DNA of 64,000 bases from Spirochaetia bacterium (GCA_965199955.1 CBDATQ010000002.1:1600001-1664000), one strand, 5' to 3'. Counted from the first letter of the stretch, positions 48,992-59,947 are shown. The notes: generated by a model from the sequence alone, not told the origin. Numbers and translations: made by a program.

Positions 48992-51471
48992 CAGTCGAGC
49001 AGCGGATTGCCGTCCAGCGGCTTCGGGTCCGGCGGCCTTGATTGTCCCGTTCCGACCGAGGGTTCGTCCAGGGGTGCCTGAAATGGCGGCGCATCGACGT
49101 CGATCGTTGCCAGGGCCCTGCGCAGGTTGTTCGCCACTACGTCGCCGCGGGCGGTCACGGCGTCGGACAGCGTGTCGCGTGTCTTCGGTTCCGTACCGGT
49201 CAGGAACAGCTCGTGGATGATGGGTTCGTCTCCCGATGGCAGCAGGCCGGAGCGCGCGTCGACCGCGACCCGGATCAGCCCCGTGGCCGGCATCTCGAAG
49301 TCCCGGACGGGAGAGCCTGTGTGGACTCGCTTCATGTAATCCGCCCAGGTCGTGCCCGCGGCGCGTCCGCCCGAGAGGCTCCGTCCCAGCGACTCTCCCG
49401 GTTCATCGAAACCCATCCACACCGCCGTCACGACGTCCGGGGTGAACCCCACGGTCCACGCGTCCGACCAGTTCTGCGTGGTGCCGGTCTTGCCCGCGAT
49501 GGGGAAGTCGAGGCCGCCGACCCGGCCCGCCGACGCCGTCAGCGTTCCCGACCGGACGGTGCTGGTCAGCAGGTCGACCATCAGGTACGCAGCGGCCGGA
49601 TCCATGATTTTCAGCCGTTCCCCCGCCGCTCTCTGACGATCACGCAGCTCCTTCTCGACCCCCAGCACGTCGTTTCCGTCCCGGTCCGTGACGAAGCGGA
49701 TCGCGATCGGCTCCACTTCGCGGCCCTGGTTGGCGAAGGTGGCATAGGCTCGCGCCATCTGCAGCGGCGTCACCGTAACCACGCCCAGCCCGAGCGGGTA
49801 CGTGCGCGCGAACGCTTGCTCGATTTCGAGCGGATCGGCGATCCCGAGCAGCCGGCTGGCCCGGTCGATGGCGGCATCGAAGCCGATCAAGCTCAACACG
49901 CGGAGGGATGGAATGTTCATGGAGTGCTTCAACGCGGTTCGCGTCAGCACCCGCCCCTGCCATTCGCCCAGGTAGTTTCGCGGGACGTAAGGGGTACCGT
50001 CGGGATTGTAGAACACGACCGGCGCGTCCATCAGCATGGTCGCCGGCGTCACCGCTCCGGAACTGATGGCGGCGGAGTAGTACAGCGGCTTGAATGCGGA
50101 ACCCGGCTGCACCTTCGACTGGACGGCGCGGTTGAACTGATTGCCACGCGCGAGGTCACGTCCGCCGACCATGGACAGGATGTACCCGCTGGACGGCTCG
50201 ATCGACACCAGGGCGCCCTGCACATCGACGCGTCGCTGCCGCACCGTCTGTTCCTCGCGGATCCGCCGGGTGAGCGCCTTGAGTTGTCCGGTGTCCCAGG
50301 TCAACGAGAGCAGGTCGAGGGCCGGGCTCAGTTCATCGCCGAACCGCCCGCGTCCGGCCATGAGGTCCGCCTGGTTTCCGACGCGCAGGCGGCGGACATC
50401 GAAGGCGAGCGACAACAGGTCCACCACGGGCAGGAACTCGTCCTTGGCCACGGCGACCCGTGTGCTGCGCTGGGTAGCGCGCAGGTCGTTCACCCGATTC
50501 AGGTGCTGCTCCATCACCTCGTTGGCGATCGCCTGATGATCCAGATCGAGCGTGGTGTGGACGATCAGGCCGTCCCGGTACAGGTCCACCTTCCCGAGCA
50601 GCAGTTCCTCCAGGCGCAGGCGAACGTACTCGCTGAAGTGCCGGGCGCGGTCGACGCGTTCGTAAAACGCGCTGCTCACGTTCGAGCGCGTGAAGTCGAA
50701 GGCGTCCCAATACCGGACGAGCGATCGGTCGGCCTCCTCCTGGGTGACGTGCCCCAGCTCCACCATCTGCTGCAGATTGTTCGTCTGCAACTCGCGAGCG
50801 CGATTCGGATAGGTGAACGGTGAGTTGCCGCCCGGCCGGTTGAGCTGGACCACCAGCATGGACGCCTCCGCAACCGTGATGTCGCGCGCCGAGTGCCCGG
50901 TATAGAACTGTGCCGCCGCTTCGATCCCGTAGGTACCCTCTCCAAAGTACACCAGGTTCAGGTATCGCTCGAGGATCTCGTCCTTGGTCAGCCAGCGTTC
51001 AAGCTGGATCGCGTACCACAGTTCGACGAGCTTGCGGCGCAGCGTGATCTCGGAGCGATCGGCAAACAGGCTGCCGGCAAGCTGCTGGGTGATGGTGCTG
51101 GCGCCTCCTCCGAAACCGCCGCGCACGGTGGTCCAGGTCGCGCGCAGTATGTCCGGTACCCGGAATCCTCGGTGCCGGTAGAAGTGCCGGTCTTCGCGCG
51201 TGAGCAGCGCGTCGATCAGATGCCGAGGCAGTTCCTCGAAGCGGATGATCTCGCGCTTCTCCACCGAGAAGAACTGCGTGATGAGCCGGCCGTTGCGGTC
51301 CAGTATTTGCGTGGGAAGGGCGGGACGGTCGGTCCCGTATATGTCGGATCCGCGGAAGTTCCGAGTGCCCGCGAAGGCAAGGCCCAATCCCGTGCCGACC
51401 CCGGCGGAAAGCAACAGCAGGGTCGCGATGAGGAGCGCTGCGGTGCGCGGGCGGAGGCGCGCGCGCGGCAT
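48991..51471 (-). CDS. Class A penicillin-binding protein (PBP1A family)
   Basis: Transglycosylase motifs EDRHFY.H, GASTITQQLA, RKLVE, YLN; transpeptidase motifs SAFK, SMN, KTGT. Confidence 0.95.
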   Translation of the reverse strand: MPRARLRPRTAALLIATLLLLSAGVGTGLGLAFAGTRNFRGSDIYGTDRPALPTQILDRNGRLITQFFSVEKREIIRFEELPRHLIDALLTREDRHFYRHRGFRVPDILRATWTTVRGGFGGGASTITQQLAGSLFADRSEITLRRKLVELWYAIQLERWLTKDEILERYLNLVYFGEGTYGIEAAAQFYTGHSARDITVAEASMLVVQLNRPGGNSPFTYPNRARELQTNNLQQMVELGHVTQEEADRSLVRYWDAFDFTRSNVSSAFYERVDRARHFSEYVRLRLEELLLGKVDLYRDGLIVHTTLDLDHQAIANEVMEQHLNRVNDLRATQRSTRVAVAKDEFLPVVDLLSLAFDVRRLRVGNQADLMAGRGRFGDELSPALDLLSLTWDTGQLKALTRRIREEQTVRQRRVDVQGALVSIEPSSGYILSMVGGRDLARGNQFNRAVQSKVQPGSAFKPLYYSAAISSGAVTPATMLMDAPVVFYNPDGTPYVPRNYLGEWQGRVLTRTALKHSMNIPSLRVLSLIGFDAAIDRASRLLGIADPLEIEQAFARTYPLGLGVVTVTPLQMARAYATFANQGREVEPIAIRFVTDRDGNDVLGVEKELRDRQRAAGERLKIMDPAAAYLMVDLLTSTVRSGTLTASAGRVGGLDFPIAGKTGTTQNWSDAWTVGFTPDVVTAVWMGFDEPGESLGRSLSGGRAAGTTWADYMKRVHTGSPVRDFEMPATGLIRVAVDARSGLLPSGDEPIIHELFLTGTEPKTRDTLSDAVTARGDVVANNLRRALATIDVDAPPFQAPLDEPSVGTGQSRPPDPKPLDGNPLLD

Positions 51472-51586
51472 GCCACGATACTACGGACCACCGCCGCGGG
51501 CCGTCAAATTCCCCGCGTCCGCGGACACGGTGTCCGGACGCACTCGGCATGACGCCGCTGCGGGGCTACGGTCGCGTGGTCGTGAG

Positions 51587-51617
51587 AAAAATGGCCGGCC
51601 CCTCATGGGGCCGGCCA
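51587..51617 (-). terminator. Rho-independent terminator
   Basis: Perfect 11-bp stem TGGCCGGCCCC/GGGGCCGGCCA with a 4-nt loop, followed by T5 on the minus strand. Confidence 0.85.
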
Positions 51618-51682
51618 ACCCTTGCGGGAGTGCCGGTTACGGTATAGTAAACTGGGAGGGGAACTATAGATAACCGACACTC
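51587..51682 (-). ncRNA. Candidate ~95-nt small RNA (long hairpin with a C-rich loop, optional GCAA mini-hairpin, terminator)
   Basis: 12-bp stem GAGUGUCGGUUA/UAACCGGCACUC (the G-U pair forms only on the minus strand), 6-bp UAUAGU/ACUAUA stem, loop UCCCCUCCCAGUUU; flanked by a promoter and a terminator. Confidence 0.6.
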
Positions 51683-51685
51683 TCC

Positions 51686-51712
51686 TTATCGACACCTGCG
51701 TCTCGTACCTTA
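51686..51712 (-). promoter_or_regulatory. Sigma-28 (FliA)-type promoter
   Basis: TAAG-N15-GTCGATAA versus the consensus TAAA-N15-GCCGATAA: one mismatch per box and an exact spacer. Confidence 0.6.
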
Positions 51713-51806
51713 GCGGCTCCGGACAAATGTCGCCAAATATTGTCCAACAGCATGACTGCCTGCAACGACAGGTCAACCTGCCGCTCTCCGCGCCGGCGCC
51801 GGCCGG

Positions 51807-52166
51807 TCACCCGAGACGGTCGACAGGGGCGCGCCGGCCCGAGGTGAGCAGGAAACCGATCGCCCCAAGATCGACGACGATCACGGCAATCGCGGCGATG
51901 TATGCCCCGGTGCTGAACAGTGCCAGGACGAACAACGGCGCAGCCGCCAGCGTGGCCACCCACGCGATCAGGCGCGCCGCCGCGAAGGCGGCCGCGGCGA
52001 GCGCCGTTCGGAGGTCGGTTTCCTCTGCCCGTAAGTGGATTCGGCGCACGATCGTCGCTCCCACGCCGATCGCGAGCGCGGCGACCAGCAGGACGTTGTA
52101 AAGGGAGCGCATGCGGGTGGCAACCAGCCAGAGCGGCAGGACGATCGCGGCGCTCACGGCCACCAC
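51807..52166 (-). CDS. Small membrane protein (coding frame probably extends to about 52250)
   Basis: Four hydrophobic segments; follows the PHP gene on the same strand. Confidence 0.55.
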   Translation of the reverse strand: MVAVSAAIVLPLWLVATRMRSLYNVLLVAALAIGVGATIVRRIHLRAEETDLRTALAAAAFAAARLIAWVATLAAAPLFVLALFSTGAYIAAIAVIVVDLGAIGFLLTSGRRAPVDRLG

Positions 52167-52246
52167 CGCTCCGGTCAGCAGCAGTCCGACGCCGATCCGG
52201 CGGGCAGCCGCCGCGTAGGCGGCTGCTGCCGCCCGCGCCGCACGCC

Positions 52247-53131
52247 TCAGCGCCGCCGTGGCCTCACCTCCGTCCGAGGCTGCCCGTCCGTCCTTGGCAA
52301 CGCGCCGGCGATCTCCTGCGGGATGGGCTCACCTGCGTGCCAGAACCCGAGCGCCCGGCCGGGCGAATGCGCGCCGTGATAGTCGGATCCGCCGGTGACG
52401 AACAGGCCGCGGCGTCCGGCCAGCGTCCGTACCAACGACGATCGCTGCGGCGACAGGGACGGGTGATAGGCCTCGACGCCGGTCACGCCGGCCGCGGATA
52501 CCGCGTCCAGCAGGGCCTCGAGCTCCGCGGCCGATCCTCCCTCCGGATGGGCCAGCACACCGTGGCCGCCGGAGCCTCGCAGCGCCTCGATCGCCTCGCC
52601 GAGTTGCACGGCGCGGCGCGGTACGTGGAACGGGCGTCCGGAGCCGAGCAGCCGGCGAAACGCGTCGGCGGTGCTGGTGGCGACGCGCCGCTTGACCAGC
52701 AGCGCGGCCATGTGCGGCCGGCCGACGCTGGCGCCTCCCGCCTCTGCCTGCACGTCCGTGTAGTCGATCGCGAGCCCGTGCCGGCGCATCCGCTCGACCA
52801 TCGCCAGGTTGCGCTCCACGCGGCGTTGCAGGACTCGGTCCAGCAGTTCCGAGAGGTGAGAGCGGCCGGCGTCGGGATCGAAACCGAGGCCGAGCAGGTG
52901 GACCTGGCGTGTGCCGTGCCGGAGCGCCAGCTCGACTCCCGCGATGAAGCGGATGCCGCGCCGGGTGGCGGCGCGCGCGGCATCGGCGACGCCGCTGACG
53001 GTGTCGTGGTCGGTCAGCGCCAATGTGGTGACGCCGGCGCGGTGGGCGGCCTCGACCAGTTCCTCGGGCCGGTCGCTGCCGTCGGAGCAGCTCGAGTGCG
53101 TGTGCAAGTCGACCGACGCCGTCACCGCCAT
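52247..53131 (-). CDS. PHP-domain phosphoesterase (TrpH/YciV-like)
   Basis: DLHTHSSCSDG, ALTDHDT, GVE, HLLG, GRPH, LAHP, TGGSDYHG. Confidence 0.93.
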   Translation of the reverse strand: MAVTASVDLHTHSSCSDGSDRPEELVEAAHRAGVTTLALTDHDTVSGVADAARAATRRGIRFIAGVELALRHGTRQVHLLGLGFDPDAGRSHLSELLDRVLQRRVERNLAMVERMRRHGLAIDYTDVQAEAGGASVGRPHMAALLVKRRVATSTADAFRRLLGSGRPFHVPRRAVQLGEAIEALRGSGGHGVLAHPEGGSAAELEALLDAVSAAGVTGVEAYHPSLSPQRSSLVRTLAGRRGLFVTGGSDYHGAHSPGRALGFWHAGEPIPQEIAGALPRTDGQPRTEVRPRRR

Positions 53132-53135
53132 GCGC

Positions 53136-54122
53136 TCAATAACCCCGCTCCAGGTCGCAACGGAAGCGGAGCTCCTCGCCGGCCTGGTAGCGGCGCAGGT
53201 TGTCGATGAAAATCTCGCCTCGCCGTGCCAGGAGCTGCGCCGACTCCGCGGATACGTGCGGGGTCACGTATATCCGCGGATGGTCCCAAAGCGGGCTGTC
53301 CGCCGCCGGTGGCTCCGCGCTGGTGGCGTCGATGGCGGCCCCTGCCAGGTGGCCGCGGTCGATCGCGGCCACCAGCGCGTCCTCGTCCACGATGCCGCCG
53401 CGCGAGACCACCACGACGTGCGCGCCCGGACGCAGGCGCCCGAGCTGCTCGGCGCTGATCATGTGCTCGGTGTCGGTCGTGCGCGGCGCGGTGATCACCA
53501 GCCAGTCGGTCCGCGCAAGCATGTCGTGCAGCCGATCGATCGGCCACACGGCGGTGACGCCGTTCGGGCAGGGGACCGGCGCAAGGTCGACGGCGTACAC
53601 CTGCATGCCGAATGCCAGGGCGCGATGCGCGACCGCGCGGCCGATGTCGCCGAAGGCCAGGACTCCCAGGGTCGATCCGGACAGCTCCAGGATGCGACCG
53701 CGGTACTCCGCGGTCCGCCACCGCCGGGCGGCCTGGTCCTCGAACGACTCGCGGAGGTGGTGGGCGAGCGCCAGCATCATCCCCAGCGTGTACTCGGCCA
53801 TCGGGATCACGTGCGTTTCGCGGGCGTTGGTCATCGCCACGCCGCTGGACGCGAACTCGGGCACCTTGCGCAGCACCGAGTCGAAACCGATGCCGATGAA
53901 GTGAAACCAGCGCAGGTTCGAGGCGCGCCGAAAGGCCTCGCGGTCGAGCTGCCCGAAGATGACGTCCAGCTCGGGCGCGATCCGGCGTTGGTCTTCGGGT
54001 GTGTGTGCGATGCTGAAGCGGGTGTCGGGGAACTCCGCTCGAAGCCGGGCCTCGAAGTCGCGGCCGAGGTCGTAGCAGACGCCGACGTGGAGCGGGCGTG
54101 CGGGTGCGTTCATCGGCGTCAT
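53136..54122 (-). CDS. D-isomer-specific 2-hydroxyacid dehydrogenase
   Basis: [28 protein letters not shown]...EP, TPHVS. Confidence 0.9.
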   Translation of the reverse strand: MTPMNAPARPLHVGVCYDLGRDFEARLRAEFPDTRFSIAHTPEDQRRIAPELDVIFGQLDREAFRRASNLRWFHFIGIGFDSVLRKVPEFASSGVAMTNARETHVIPMAEYTLGMMLALAHHLRESFEDQAARRWRTAEYRGRILELSGSTLGVLAFGDIGRAVAHRALAFGMQVYAVDLAPVPCPNGVTAVWPIDRLHDMLARTDWLVITAPRTTDTEHMISAEQLGRLRPGAHVVVVSRGGIVDEDALVAAIDRGHLAGAAIDATSAEPPAADSPLWDHPRIYVTPHVSAESAQLLARRGEIFIDNLRRYQAGEELRFRCDLERGY

Positions 54123-54208
54123 GATAGCCGACGCCCGGCCGCATGCGCTCGGGGCAAGCCACGGGCGGAGCGGGACGCGGCGGACCGGGGACGCTATGAT
54201 CGGTCGGC

Positions 54209-54979
54209 ATGGAGTCGCGGCGCCTCGTGGACAAGGCGGCCCTGGTCACGGGCGCCGGTTCCGGCATCGGCGCGGGCATCGCCGGCCTGTTCGCCCGGCA
54301 CGGAGCCCGGGTCGCGGTCGCTGATCGGGACGCGGACGCCGCGCAGCGCACCGTTCGCGCGATCGTCGCCGCCGGCGGACGCGCCGTGGCGATCACCGCG
54401 GACATCTCCACCGGCCGCGGGGCCGAAGGGTGCGTGGAAGAGGCGGTCGCCGCCCTCGGCGGACTGCAGATCGTGGTCAACTCCGCGGGCGTCACGCCGC
54501 GCTACGCTCCGGAAGACTGGGATTACGAGCAGGTCTGGGACTGGGTGATGGCGGTCAACCTCAAGGGTACGTACCTGGTTTCGCGCCGCGCGGTTCAGGC
54601 GATGAGCGCCGGTGGCGCGATCGTCAACCTGTCCTCGATCTACGGCCTGGTGGGCCGGCCGATGTTCTTCGGCACCGGCGACGATCCGTATCCGCCCGGC
54701 AAGCACGGCGTCATCGGCCTGACCAGGGACATGGCCAACAACTTCGGCGCGCGCGGCATCCGCGTGAACGCGCTGTGCCCGGCGTTCGTGTACAGCCCGT
54801 TGACGCGCACGCTCACCGAGGATCCGGCCTGGCGTTCGCAGATGGAGGCGATGCAGCCGCTCCGCCGCCTGGGCACGGTCGAGGAGGTGGCGTACGCGGC
54901 GCTGTTTCTTGCGTCCGACGAGTCATCGTTCATCACCGGCGTCGCGCTGCCGGTGGACGGTGGATACACGTCGTTGTGA
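54209..54979 (+). CDS. Short-chain dehydrogenase/reductase
   Basis: TGAGSGIG, VNSAG, NLSS, YPPGK (YxxxK), IRVNALCP, ITGVALPVDGG. Confidence 0.93.
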   Translation: MESRRLVDKAALVTGAGSGIGAGIAGLFARHGARVAVADRDADAAQRTVRAIVAAGGRAVAITADISTGRGAEGCVEEAVAALGGLQIVVNSAGVTPRYAPEDWDYEQVWDWVMAVNLKGTYLVSRRAVQAMSAGGAIVNLSSIYGLVGRPMFFGTGDDPYPPGKHGVIGLTRDMANNFGARGIRVNALCPAFVYSPLTRTLTEDPAWRSQMEAMQPLRRLGTVEEVAYAALFLASDESSFITGVALPVDGGYTSL

Positions 54980-55004
54980 GCGTCCGGCGCATGAGCGGAC
55001 GGGG

Positions 55005-56000
55005 GTGAGCGCCGGCACCTTCGATCTGCTCACCCCGCACGTGGCGGTGCAGGCGATCGAGTCGGTCATCGGCGTCCACGTGGACGGTTCGCTGGCCAGT
55101 TTCCCCAGCTACGTGAACCGGGTCTACGGCTTCGCGGCCGCCGACGGCCGGCAGTACGTCGCAAAGTTTTACCGCCCCGGTCGCTGGACGTATGAGGCCA
55201 TCGAGGAGGAGCACCGGCTGGTCGGCGAGTGCGCGGCCCTCGACCTGCCGGTCGTGGCGCCGATCGCCGACGACGACGGAGACCGGCTGCACCTGGTGGG
55301 AGCCGCCGGCCCGGACCGGGAGCAGGAGTTTTCCTTCTCCGTCTATCCGAAACGGAACGGACGCACCTTCGACGCGGACCGGGACGAGGACTGGCTGCGC
55401 ATCGGCTCGCTGGTGGGCCGTTTGCACGTCGCCGCCGCGCACGGAGGTGCCGAGCACCGGATCACCTGCACCCCGCGGTCGTCGACCTCGCGGTTCCTGG
55501 ATGAGCTGGACGAGGCGGAGTTGGTGCCGCCCGACCTGGACGCCGAGTTCTACGACCTGGCGGACGCGGCCGTCGAGCGGATCGCTCCGCTGTTCGACGG
55601 CGTGGCGCTGCAGCGCCTGCACGGCGACTGCCACCGCGGCAACATCCTGGATCGGGCGGAGGAGGGGCTCTTGATCATCGACTTCGACGACATGATGGTC
55701 GGTCCCGCCGTGCAGGACCTGTGGCTGCTCTTGCCGGGCCGCATCGCCGACAGCCGTCGCGAGCTGGGGCTGCTGCTGGAGGGTTACGAAGAGTTCCAGC
55801 CGTTCGACCGGGCTACCGTGGCGCTGATCGAGCCGCTACGGCTCATGCGCATGGTCTACTACCTGGCGTGGCAGGCGCTGCAGCGCCACGATCTTCGCTT
55901 CCGCGAGTCATTCCCCCAATGGGGCGGCCGGGCTTTCTGGGAGCAGGAGATCGAAGACCTGCGCACGCAACTCGGTGTGATCTCCGACCAGCTCGGCTGA
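55005..56000 (+). CDS. srkA: SrkA/RdoA (YihE)-like Ser/Thr kinase
   Basis: SYVNRVY, AKFYRPGRW...IEEEH, LHGDCHRGNIL, IDFDD, GPAVQDLW, LIEPLR. Confidence 0.88.
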   Translation: MSAGTFDLLTPHVAVQAIESVIGVHVDGSLASFPSYVNRVYGFAAADGRQYVAKFYRPGRWTYEAIEEEHRLVGECAALDLPVVAPIADDDGDRLHLVGAAGPDREQEFSFSVYPKRNGRTFDADRDEDWLRIGSLVGRLHVAAAHGGAEHRITCTPRSSTSRFLDELDEAELVPPDLDAEFYDLADAAVERIAPLFDGVALQRLHGDCHRGNILDRAEEGLLIIDFDDMMVGPAVQDLWLLLPGRIADSRRELGLLLEGYEEFQPFDRATVALIEPLRLMRMVYYLAWQALQRHDLRFRESFPQWGGRAFWEQEIEDLRTQLGVISDQLG

Positions 56001-56015
56001 TCCTGCAGGCCGGCG

Positions 56016-57338
<1,323 letters not shown>

Positions 57339-57379
57339 CGCCGGCAGCGTAGCACACGGCTGCCGGCCGGCTGACGCTC

Positions 57380-57753
57380 CTGCTTCGACCGGTGCGTGGC
57401 GCCATCGGTCGGCGCCTTGCGCGTGGCGTTGAGGATCCTGGCCTCCACGCTCGGGGTGCAGCGAAACGGCTTCTGACCGCGGTGCCGGCTGTACAGTCCT
57501 GCCAATCGCTCGGCCCGAAAGCGGCCAGCCCACATCGCCACGAAGCCGCGGCTGCACTCGGCTCGTTCGCACACTACGTCCCACGTGAGTCGCTCAGCGA
57601 GCAGCAGAATGACGCGCGCACGGCGCGCATCCTCGGCTCGACCAGTGCGACTCCTGGCCCGCTTGGTGAGTTCGCGATGCTCGGCTTCGGTCAATACGAT
57701 TCCCTCTCCCATACCTCCAATCACAGTACGAAAGCAGATGGTACGGTCCACTA
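57380..57753 (-). mobile_element. Truncated IS630-family element (left end plus N-terminal HTH of the transposase)
   Basis: End TAGTGGACCG..., GGAGG RBS and ATG 57712 giving LTEAEHREL...RRARVILLLA...RFRAERLAGL...PTDGATH(R)S. No DDE domain. Confidence 0.85.
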
Positions 57754-59569
57754 GGTGCGCGGCGTGAGCCGCAGCGTGCTCACCGCCTGGCGTGCGGCCG
57801 TGGATCGATCGAGGGGGAGGAAGTGATAGCGTCCCGCGAGCCACTCGGCAAGCTGATCGCAGTGGTGCGGGCTGCCGGGGTGTCCCGACTGCCCCTGCGC
57901 GTCGATCACCCAGAGGCCGGGCGCTTCGGCGCCGAAGTCGGCGATCATGCGGTAGTTGGCGCCGATCGCCGCCCCCCCAGTTGGGATCGAAGCCGGTGTT
58001 GCAGACCGTGGTCCCGTTGCCGCGCACCGGCAGGCCGCCGCGGTCGAGCAGCGCGCCCAGGTCGCCGCGCGCAGCGAGAGGACGTCCAGGTGCATCCGTG
58101 CGCAGTCGTCACGCGAGTGCCGCTTGGATGCTTCGAGCATCTGGCGGATGCGGCGGGCGCGATAGCCGCTCGCCCAGCGGCCGGAGAGGGACCATGGGAA
58201 GTCCTCCGGGGCGGTGCGGTTGTTTGCCGAGGCGATCCAGCCGCGCTCCGGGTCGCCGAGTTGCGGCATGTCCTCCGAGGGGATGACCCCGTGCCACTGG
58301 TGGGCCGGATCCCAGCCGGGGCGATAGCCCCGCTCCTCGACCGCGCGGACCGGGATCTCGCCCGCGACCTGGTAGCCGATGTGGCCATCCGCATCGGCCA
58401 GCACCAGGCTCCACGTCGGCACCCGCCATCCCCGGACGGCGCGGCGCAGCCCCGCCACGCTCGTGGCGCGATCCATCGCCAGCAGCGACGTGAGCCAGCC
58501 GCAGCGGTCCGCGCCCAGCCAGCGCAGGGAAACCGGACCGGCCGCGCGCATAGACTCCGGGAGCAGCTCGTCCACGATCGGGCCGTTGCGGGAGTGGCGG
58601 ATGGCCCTGGTGATCGGTTCGCTGCCGCGCACCGCGATCGTCTCCGAGCGCTCCCGCGCCGGCTCCCACCGTCCGTCGTCGTACCAGCACGACACCGCGG
58701 CGAAGGCGATGTGCGGATCACTCGCAACGATCGGCTTGCCCGTAGTGGATCGCGATCCGGCGATCACCCAGTTGTTGCTGCCCACACCTTCCGGAGGCGT
58801 CGGCAACCGTCGTGCCGACCGGCCGCGTTCCGGCGGGTCCGGCGGATCCGGTGGGCCAGGCGGGGTAGAAGCCGGGCGGCAGGATGCTCTCATCGTCCGC
58901 CTCGCCCTGCAGGAACGCGCGGTAGAGCGCGCTGTCGCCCAGAACGCGCCTGCCCAGCTCGGGGATGAAGATCACCGGCAGGCGGACCGTCAGGTAGGCG
59001 CGAAACTCGCCGGCGATCGCCAGGCAGTCCACCGGCGACCACGGCTCCGGCGTGTAGTCCAACAGATCGAACTCGATCGGCAGCCGCTCACCGGCCGCCG
59101 CGATCGACTCGTTGATGCCCACGGAGAACGCGGTCAGCACGCGCCGCGTCTCCTCCGGGGTTCGCGCCCACTCGGCTTCCGCGATGCGTCCGATACCGAT
59201 GGTGCGGGCGGCGACGTCCAGCTCCAGCCCGTCCGGGCCGAGCAGCTCGGACAGGCGCCCGTTCGCCTTGCGCCGCAGATAGTCGAGCTGAAACAGGCGG
59301 TCCTGCGCCATGGCGTAGCCGAAACCAAAGAACAGATCCTCATCGGTCTCGGCCGAGATGCGAGGGATGCCCCAGCGATCGCGGTCGATCCTGACGTACC
59401 TGCCCTCCGTGGCCTCCCGGGTCCCGCTCTGCTCGGGGACGCGGCGGCGCGTCTCCGCCTGCCACCAGGACCGGAACTCTTCCTGCGAGAGGCCGCCAGC
59501 CGCGCACACCGTCCCGATCGGCTCGCCGGCGCCGAGGCGTGCCAGCACTTCCCGCGCGTCGAGATTCAC
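57751..59569 (-). pseudogene. Penicillin acylase family (S45 Ntn-hydrolase) pseudogene
   Basis: RDRWGIP, GYAMAQDRLFQ, GSNNW...ASDPH, ANN, GQSGHP. Frameshifts near 58795 and 57975; internal deletions near 58681 and 58060. Confidence 0.88.
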
Positions 59570-59775
59570 CGCAGAAGCTCCTCATCCAGGCTCGTCACGA
59601 TGCCACAGTGTGCCGTGGCGATCGAGGCGTCGCCATCGCCGTCAGCGGGCGGGTAGGATGTGGCGCGTCGATGGCACGGCAAGGACCGGACTGGCGGCAA
59701 CACGGCGTCACCGCGAGTAATATTGCGGCACGCGGCATCGCGATTTCGCATGCGCCAGAATGTTGCTGATGATGT

Positions 59776-59814
59776 GTTCGATATAACTCTATAGTATAGT
59801 AAATATTATATAGT
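59776..59814. other. Very AT-rich island
   Basis: ATATAACTCTATAGTATAGTAAATATTATATAGT in an otherwise very GC-rich sequence. Confidence 0.6.
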
Positions 59815-59947
59815 GACGCCCGGGAGGGACCGGTTTGTGTGCCATTGTGATCACATGTTGCCGTGTGTGCTCATGTCGGCCTTCCGGGAGGTTGAATTTT
59901 CGAAACAGGTCGCAGCGTGCCTTGACGTGTTATGCCATCTTGAATAG

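Noticed and set aside
51587..51682. Identification of the structured RNA as tRNA, 6S, SRP, tmRNA or a known riboswitch
   Set aside because: It lacks a cloverleaf, the SRP GGAA-loop/AGCAG motif, 6S length and central bubble, and any aptamer consensus I recognise. It is kept as an unknown sRNA candidate.
59566..59751. 61-aa ORF whose stop overlaps the acylase start
   Set aside because: No recognisable motif. It may be the tail of a deleted gene, but this cannot be supported.
59776..59814. oriC unwinding element
   Set aside because: No DnaA-box cluster (TTATCCACA-like) and no dnaA/dnaN nearby.
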